Assembly: GCA_035262825.1 (NCBI GenBank) | Contig: DATFSB010000207.1 | Coordinates: 1 to 42,794, forward strand | Source of the DNA: Gemmatimonadales bacterium | GTDB taxonomy: Bacteria > Gemmatimonadota > Gemmatimonadetes > Gemmatimonadales > GWC2-71-9 | DNA: 42,794 nt | Direction: 5' to 3' | Shown here: piece after piece, positions 42,018 to 42,794 of the stretch | How the letters are laid out: each line of letters opens with the position of its first letter | Numbering within the stretch: the stretch's first letter is position 1 | Position numbers and translations under genes: made by a program | Notes under the pieces: generated by a model | Databases searched by the model: none | Told to the model about the DNA's origin: nothing | The model's input: only the letters and a program-made list of their open reading frames with translations

Positions 42018-42794
42018 CAGGACCAGAGTCCCTGCGCCGTGCGGAACAACAGCCAGGCGTTGAGCGCGGCGATCACGAAGGCGACAGTGTAAGCGAGCAC
42101 TTTGAGCCACGTCGGGTTCACGAATTCGCCCATCTTCGCACGCTCCGAGGTGAACCGCACCAGCGGAAATACCGCGAACGACAGCTGCAGGCTCAGGATC
42201 ACCTGGCTCAGGATGAGGAGCTGCGCGGTTCCGTGCTCGCCGAAGAAGATGGCGGTGATGGCCGCCGGCACGATCGCGATCGCCCGGGTGATAAGGCGGC
42301 GCAGCCACGGCCGGATCCGGATATTGAGAAATCCCTCCATCACGATCTGCCCGGCCAGAGTTCCGGTGAGCGTCGAATTCTGGCCGGAAGCCAGGAGCGC
42401 CAATGCAAAAACGGCGCTCGCGCCCACGACCCCGAGCAGCGGGGTCAGCAGCTTGTACGCGTCCTGAATCTCGGCCACCTCGGTGTGGCCCGTGCTGTGG
42501 AACGTCGCTGCCGCGACGATCAGGATCGCGGCATTAATGAAGAGGGCGAAGGTCAGGGCGATCGTCGAATCGATGAACGCAAAGCGTACCGCCGTACGCT
42601 TCCCCTCGGTCGTCTCGTCGTACGCGCGGGTCTGCACTATAGAGGAATGCAGATACAGGTTGTGCGGCATCACCGTCGCGCCGAGGATCCCGATGGCGAT
42701 GTACAGTTGATCCCGATTTGAGAGGATGGTAGCGCTCGGCACGAACCCGCCCGCAATGCCCCAGCCGTCGGGCCGAGAGATGAAGATCTCGAAC
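42017..42794 (-). CDS. mntH: Nramp-family divalent metal transporter, C-terminal ~258 aa (5' end beyond window)
   Basis: [22 protein letters not shown] is the Nramp consensus. The frame stays open upstream of the track's GTG (…[24 protein letters not shown]) to the window edge. Confidence 0.9.
   Translation of the reverse strand, partial: FEIFISRPDGWGIAGGFVPSATILSNRDQLYIAIGILGATVMPHNLYLHSSIVQTRAYDETTEGKRTAVRFAFIDSTIALTFALFINAAILIVAAATFHSTGHTEVAEIQDAYKLLTPLLGVVGASAVFALALLASGQNSTLTGTLAGQIVMEGFLNIRIRPWLRRLITRAIAIVPAAITAIFFGEHGTAQLLILSQVILSLQLSFAVFPLVRFTSERAKMGEFVNPTWLKVLAYTVAFVIAALNAWLLFRTAQGLWS

Overview
High-GC (roughly 68-70% by eye), gene-dense bacterial chromosomal window with about 45 CDS, one tRNA and one riboswitch. 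I saw no transposase, integrase, phage genes or CRISPR array. Signal-peptide style, a SusC-like receptor and a DUF5916 barrel suggest a Gemmatimonadota-like diderm, but that is a low-confidence inference. All family names come from by-eye motif recognition; no searches were run.

Housekeeping and accessory content:
- An edge-truncated SusC/RagA TonB-linked receptor that is missing from the ORF track.
- tRNA-Ala(CGC), an SRPBCC protein and RNase Z.
- A Mla-like MCE/ATPase/permease operon and a short MutY-like glycosylase.
- CBS, DUF2203 and membrane proteins, a patatin, an acyl-CoA thioesterase and glutamine-dependent NadE.
- A fluoride riboswitch driving crcB-DUF190-PAP2.
- An APC permease and a secreted DUF4384 protein with a Tyr/Pro-rich repetitive tail.
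- A lipoprotein fusing propeller-like, TlpA-thioredoxin and metallophosphoesterase parts.
- A nucleoside hydrolase, a 3-hydroxyacyl-CoA dehydrogenase-like protein, and a USP coupled to an edge-truncated Nramp/MntH.

The stand-out is an 18.4-kb run of 14 minus-strand genes (18476-36923), joined by overlaps or gaps of 49 nt or less. In transcription order it encodes:
- a DUF5916/CBM9-like outer-membrane barrel with two Ig-like repeats;
- an unknown lipoprotein;
- a CzcA/CusA-like RND pump;
- a 148-aa lipoprotein that looks like a membrane-proximal-domain-only adaptor remnant;
- a paralogous RND pump;
- an ABC ATPase;
- four homologous ABC-2 membrane modules in three genes, the last also fused to an Ig-like periplasmic domain and a TM anchor;
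- a PepSY protein, a putative porin, a 62-aa membrane protein, a 278-aa barrel and a PepSY-like protein.

No full-length membrane-fusion protein or TolC-like factor is present. A NarL-type two-component system sits divergently upstream. I flag this as a candidate undescribed trans-envelope export system of unknown substrate.

Many long ORFs in the supplied track are antisense or shadow artefacts of high GC. Several real genes start well inside the listed ORFs.
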